Assembly: GCA_951406725.2 (NCBI GenBank)
Contig: OX597814.1
Span: 200,508,001-200,572,000 of the forward strand
Reading direction: 5' to 3'
Length of the DNA: 64,000 nucleotides
Source: Octopus vulgaris
Taxonomy: Eukaryota
Made by a program: the position numbers and the translations under genes. Positions 58,001-64,000 of the stretch are shown in pieces (position 1 is the stretch's first letter; every line of letters starts with the position of its first letter). A model generated the notes under the pieces. The model was not told the DNA's origin, searched no databases, and was given only the letters and a program-made list of their open reading frames with translations.

Positions 58001-60992
58001 ATAGTGTCGGAATGAAATAGACAGAGTGATGTCCGTCAACTGGGAACCATGGGCTAGGAATTTAAGCCATAGAATAGGATAATAGAGAGACAAATAGGGT
58101 AGGAATTAAATAGACAGAGTGATGGCCGTGAAATCGGAACTATAGGCTAGGAATTTAAGCGATAGAAAAAGCTGATAGATAGGCAAATATTGCAGGAATG
58201 AAATAGACAAAGTGATGGCCGCGAACTGGGATCCATGTTATAGGAATTTAAGCAACAGAAAAGGCTGATAGATAGGTAAATCATGTAGGAATGAAATAGA
58301 CAGAGTGAGAGCCGCAAACTGGGAGCCATGGGATAGGAATTTAAGCAACAGAAAAGGCTGATAGATAGGTAATTAATGTAGGAATGAAATAGACAGAGTG
58401 ATGGCCGCGAACTGGGAACCATGGGCTCAGATTTTAAGTGACAAAAAAGGCTGATAGATATGCAAATAGTGTAGGAATTAAATAGACTGTGTGATGGCCG
58501 CGAACTGGGAACAACGGGCTAGGAATTTAAGCAATAGAAAAGGCTGATAGATAGGAAAAAAGTGTAGGAATGAAATATAGAGAATGATGACCACAAACTG
58601 GGAACCATGTTATAGCAATTTAAGACAAAAAAAAGACCGATAGATATGCAAATATTGTGGGAATGAAATAAACAGTGTGATGGCCGCGAACTGGGAATGA
58701 TGAGCTAGGAATTTAAGCGACAGAAAAGGCTGATAAATACGCAAATACATAGTAATGAAATAGACAGATTGATGGCCGCGAACTGGGAACCATGTTATAG
58801 GAATTTAAGCCCCAAAACAGGCCGATAGGTATGCAAATACTGTAGGAATGAAATAGACAGAGTGATGGCCGAGAACTGGGAGCCATGAGATAGTAATTTA
58901 AGCAACAGAAAAGGCTGATAGATAGGTAAATAATGTAGGAATGATATAGACACAGTGATGGCCGTGAACTGGGAGCAATGGAATAGGAATTTAAGCAACA
59001 GAAAAGGCTGATAGATAGGTAAATAATGTAGGAATGAAATAAACAGAGTGATGGCCGCGAACTGGGAAACATGGGCTCAGAATATAAGTGACAAAATGGC
59101 TGATAGATAGGCAAAAAGTGTAGGAATGAAATATAGAGAGTAATGGCCGCGAACTGGGAACCATGTTATAGGAATTTAAACCCCAAAAAAGGCCGATAGA
59201 TATGCAAATAGAGTAGGAATGAAATAGACACAGTGATGGCCGAGAACTGGGAGCCATGAGATAGTAATTTAAGCAACAGAAAAGGCTAATAGATAGGTAA
59301 ATAATGTAGGAATGATATAGACACAGTGATGGCCGCGAACTGGGAACCATGGGCTCAGATTTTATGTGACAAAAAAGGCTGATAGATATGCAAATAGTGT
59401 AGGAATTAAGTAGACTGTGTGATGTCGGTGAACTGGGAACAACGGGCTAGGAATTTAAGCAATAGAAAAGGCTGATAGATATGCAAATAGTGTAGGAATG
59501 AAATAGACAGAGTGATGGCCGCGAACTGGGAACGATGGGCTAGGAATTTAAGTGATAGAAAAGGTTGTTAGATAGACATATATTGAAGGAATGAAATAGA
59601 CAGAATGATGGCCGCGAACTGGGAACAATGGGCTCGGAATTTAAGTGACAGAAAAGGCTGATAGATATGCAAATAGAATAGGAATGAAATAGACAGAGAT
59701 GGCTGATAGATGAGGGAGAAAGACAAGATTAGAGGCGAAGGACTGTGTGATCGTGTGATCGATTTTCATGAGTGAAAGAATATGTTGTAAGGAAATGCAT
59801 GAGCTAAGGTTTAAGACGAAAAGTCATCGACAGTAAGAAGAAGAAAATAATAAGGTTTTATGTTGATAATCCTTGCAAAATACAGTGAAAGGATGGGCAA
59901 GTCAAAAGCTTAAAAGTATTTTATCTGCTATTTTTCATCCTGACAATCATGTTTACAGCCAGGGTATGGAAGTCAATAGAAGGTGTCAAACAGCATGCAT
60001 TGGTTTATATAGGGTGGAGGGAATTGTGGAGAGGGGGGAAGTAGGAAGTAGTGCGTCTTGGTTAGGCGGGTGGAATCCAAAGAGAGTGAAATATAGACAG
60101 AGTGACACTCAAGATAGAGAGAGAGGGAGAGAGAGTGAGAGACATAGTGAAAAAGATAGGGAAGACACAACACGACAACGAACCGCCACGAACTGGGAAC
60201 CATGGGCTAGGAATTTAAGTGATACAAAAGGCTGATAGGCAAATAGTGTAGGAATGAAATAGACAGAGTGATGGCCGCGAACTGGGAAAAATGGGCTAGG
60301 AATTTAAGTGACAGAAAAGACCAATAGATAGGCAAAAAGTGTGGGAATTAAATAGACAGGTTGATGGCCGCGAACTGGGAAAAATGGGCTAGGAATTTAA
60401 GTGACAGAAAAGGCCGATAGATATGCAAATATTGTGGGAATTAAATAGACAGGTTGATTGCCGCGAACTGGGAACAAGGGGCTAGGAATTTAAGTGACAG
60501 AAAAGACCAATAGATAGGCAAAAAGTGTGGGAATTAAATAGACAGGTTGATGGCCGCGAACTGGGAACAATGGGCTAAGAATTTAAGTGACAGAAAAGAC
60601 CAATAGATAGGCAAAAAGTGTGGGAATTAAATAGACAGGTCGATGGCCGCGAACTGGGAACAATGGGCTAGGAATTTAAGTGACAGAAACGGCCAATAGA
60701 TAGGCAAATAGGGTTGAAATAGACAGTGATGGCCAATAGATGAGGGAGAAAGACAAGATTAGAGATGAAAGACTGTGTGATCGTGTGATAAATTTTCATG
60801 AGTGAAAGAATATGTTGTAAGGAAATGCATGAGCTACAGTTTAATACGAAAAGGCATCAACAGTAAGAAGAAGTAAATAATAAGGGTTTATGTTGATAAT
60901 ACTCGCAAAATACAATGAAAGGAGGGGCAAGTCGAAAGCTTAAAAATATCTTATCTGCAATTTTTCATCCTGAGAATCGTGTTTACAGCCAG
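49010..60992. repeat. 93-bp satellite array with three copies of a non-satellite spacer
   Basis: Monomer atagacagagtgatggccgcgaactgggaaccatgggctaggaatttaagcgacagaaaaggctgatagataggcaaatagtgtaggaatgaa; period 93 (gtgatgg at 51841 and 51934); spacers at about 49312-49757, 59700-60185 and 60731-60992. Confidence 0.97.
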
Positions 60993-61785
60993 GTCCCTCT
61001 TACTGCTCCTTGAATGCAGTGGGATCAAACATAGAAATGAGAAAGTTGTAAAGGAATCATCATATCTGTGCCCAAACTGTGTCTAGAAAAAGCTGAACAT
61101 GAATGGTAAGGGAACGAAAGTAAATGTTACAATTGATTCATTAGTATGGTAATTACCAAAATACAGAAGAGAACATTACCTGACACTGCATACACACAAA
61201 CATCTTTCCTGTCAAACAAACTTAGCATATAACAACTATATTTACATGATAGTGTAGTAAATGTGAGTGAAACTAACAACTGTGAAATCATATAAAATTA
61301 AATAATGACAAAAGGTATTTCTAAAATTAGGACAAGTTCAAAATTTCAGGTAAAATTAACACTTAGATTGACACCAGTATATCACTAGTACAGATATCAA
61401 TCTAGGAAGGAAGATAAGTGAAGACAACCATAATAGGATTTGAGCTCAGAATGTAAGAGGATGTTTAACTAAATACTTTTTTATGTTGGTACTCTACAGG
61501 TTCTATGATTCCACCAGTTTGTTTACATGAACAATAATAGTAGTAGCGTTTCTGATTCAGATATAAGGTAAACAAGCTCAAGGGGAGGGTATTAGTTAAT
61601 TTCATTAATTCCAATATGTGACTGGTACTTTTTCCTATTGTCCCTACAAGGATGAAAGTCAAAATTAATCTTGATGGGATATGAACTCCCAATGTAAGAG
61701 GTCAGAACATAAACTTCAAGATTTTTTTGTTTTTGTTTTTTTGTCCCAGTGCTTAAACAATGCTGCCAGTCCATTGCCCAATAAT

Positions 61786-62000
61786 CTCTTTTACTCTAAG
61801 CACAAGGCCCAAAATTTTGGGGAAGGGGTGGGTGCAATCAATTAGATGACCCCCAGTACATAACTGGTACTTAATTTATGGACCCAAAAAGGTGAAAGGC
61901 AAAGTTGACCTCAGTGGAATTTGAACTCAGAACAAAGGCAGATGAAATACCGCTAAGCGTTTCACCTGGCATGCTCGTGTTTCTGCCAGCTTGCTGCCTT
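61786..62000 (-). mobile_element. SINE of the gtcgactttgcc family nested at an older copy of the same family
   Basis: 18-bp TSD agtccattgcccaataat at 61768-61785 and 62001-62018; older copy at 61580-61770. Confidence 0.88.
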
Positions 62001-64000
62001 AGTCCATTGCCCAATAATAGCAACAATAAAATTGCCTTAAGAAAGTAAAAGCTACATTAGTGAAAATTTTACTTCTCAGATGTTACAAGAATAAAAATGA
62101 GTTAAAATATATATAAAAAGTTATTCTGCCACTAAGTAGTTTAAGTGAGTGATGGATAAGTTAAATGTAGATGAACAACCTTTTGAGAAATAAAATATCA
62201 AAAGAGAATGAGAAAGTTAGAAGACAAATGTTTCCCAAATTTGTCATAATTCTTCTCTTCATTCCAGAGCCTAGGGACCATTTCAAAAGAATTCTAGTGT
62301 AGGTAGCGAAGAAAAACATCACATATTGATTCATTCTGCAATAAAACATTAACAGAACAATAGCAGCTTAACTTCTTTGAAATCACAACTAAACAATATG
62401 TAAAAAGGATATCTTGGATACTATTGTACATGGGAAGACAGTGTTGGTCGCAGTTGGAATGCCCCCTGTTACAGACCAGCTTCATCACATTAATCTGGAG
62501 CCAAAGAACCACAACAAAAGTGTACATGAAAGATGAAATACATTTTCTGTAAAATCTCTTCCTTAATTCTTCACAGTTTAAAAGTAGAATAAGACTTTTT
62601 GCATGTGGCGGCATAATGAAAGTGTCTGAAGATCTAAGTGCTATAATTGGTTACAGTTCTGATTAATTCACTTAATAAATGTTGATATTTGAACTAAGGT
62701 TATATTTAATTTAACAAAGTGAATTCTTATGTAGTAATTCTTCATAGTAATGTTGTGATAATTTCCTTCATTAATTTTATTTTACTGTCAACAAAAATAT
62801 TGGTATTAATCTTTAAGTGCAACGATAAAGCAATCAAGAAACCAAGTATTATTGAAAACTATCAAATTTTACCTAATACTACAAGCAGGAAGAAATTTGA
62901 ATAAAGAATTCACCAATCATTTTCAAAGAGAAGTGTAACAACTAACATGGATTATATAAGCATGTAAATTACAAGAGTAAAATGGAATGGTGACTTGAGA
63001 AGTAAGGAGAAGTAAGTCAATTTGTAAGAGAGAGAGAGAGAGAGAACAAAGAAATATAACTGCAAGCAGAAATTGTATGAGATTTTTATGAGAATATTGT
63101 TGGCCGAATAGCTTGTTCATAACATAAGAGGGCTATGAAATTTTAAAGTTTTAACTCATAAGTACTTCATGAAGCCAATGAGCATTTAGTCAAGTGAAAT
63201 GTGCCAGTAGTAAACTGTCACATGCCATGCTACTGCATAACATTCCATTTTTATTGCTGATAAGTAGCTAGTATAAAGTTAGCATAAGTGAAGCAAATTA
63301 TTCTATAGATATGCTACACGGAAAAATTTCTGAAATAAGTATAAAGGCTTTATTTCAGTTTTCTGAAAATGGATCCATTAAGCTTCATTGTGGTTGGTGA
63401 ATATGTTTTGGTGTTTCAATGTGTAAGTATACTGAGAGAATAATACCAGAACTAGACCAGACAGAACTAAAGAAATGTTTTCAATGAAAGTTTGGGTGGT
63501 TAGGATTCATAGTTAGCTCATTGTGTTTGTTCATTCACGATTTGTAGCCTCAATCACTTTTACAGGAGAAAACAAAGCATTTGACCACATTTGCAATAAT
63601 AGCCACCTTGTCTTATTGTTGCTAGGATAATCCAAAAATTAGAACTTAAAACATTTCTCTAATATTTGTACTACACAAAGCAATTAGTGAACAATGACTT
63701 CATTGATTAGAGGTCTCCTATGAACCAAATACTGATTCACTGAATTTCTGAAAGCAACAGTAACAACGGAGCATATGTAATTTGGTGAGAAAAGATCACA
63801 AAGTTTTGTTTGACAAGTACTACATTCTGACTGATGTTTACATCTTTCCCAATGAAAACTGAAAGATAGAACCACCCTACACAAACACACAAGCATGTAT
63901 ATATGCATGTATGTATGGAGTCTCTCCACACCATTTCTAATTACCAAATTTCATGGAGAACACAATGGTCGGCCTGAGTCTCTGCGTCACCTTAGACAAG

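Noticed and set aside
49010-60740. CRISPR-like array
   Set aside because: The whole 93-bp unit is repeated with no unique spacers, there are no cas genes, and the context is eukaryotic
62294-62614. 106-aa minus-strand ORF
   Set aside because: No recognisable domain or convincing splice signals

Overview
AT-rich, repeat-dense eukaryotic DNA. The repeat families (tRNA-headed SINEs, RTE tails ending in (ATG)n, long (TA)n tracts) look like an Octopus/cephalopod genome; this is inference from recall, not a database result. I could not support any host protein-coding exon. The window holds many SINEs and RTE LINE 3' fragments, a near-complete but frameshifted mariner (16794-18069), DD41D and maT-like Tc1/mariner relics, two piggyBac derivatives, a Helitron-like non-autonomous insert, a 100-N gap, a ~4.2 kb (TA)n tract and a ~12 kb 93-bp satellite broken by a recurring ~450-bp spacer. 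The least-expected signal is four different short elements that each carry a hammerhead ribozyme (HHR) fold (1712-1757 +, 11204-11267 -, 15903-15940 -, 22956-23042 +). Most have Penelope-style inverted partial end copies. One is fused behind a tRNA Pol III head, and one sits in a ~342-bp terminally redundant, retrozyme-like unit. The 29.1-35.9 kb inverted duplication is probably an assembly artefact. All folds and alignments were done by eye.
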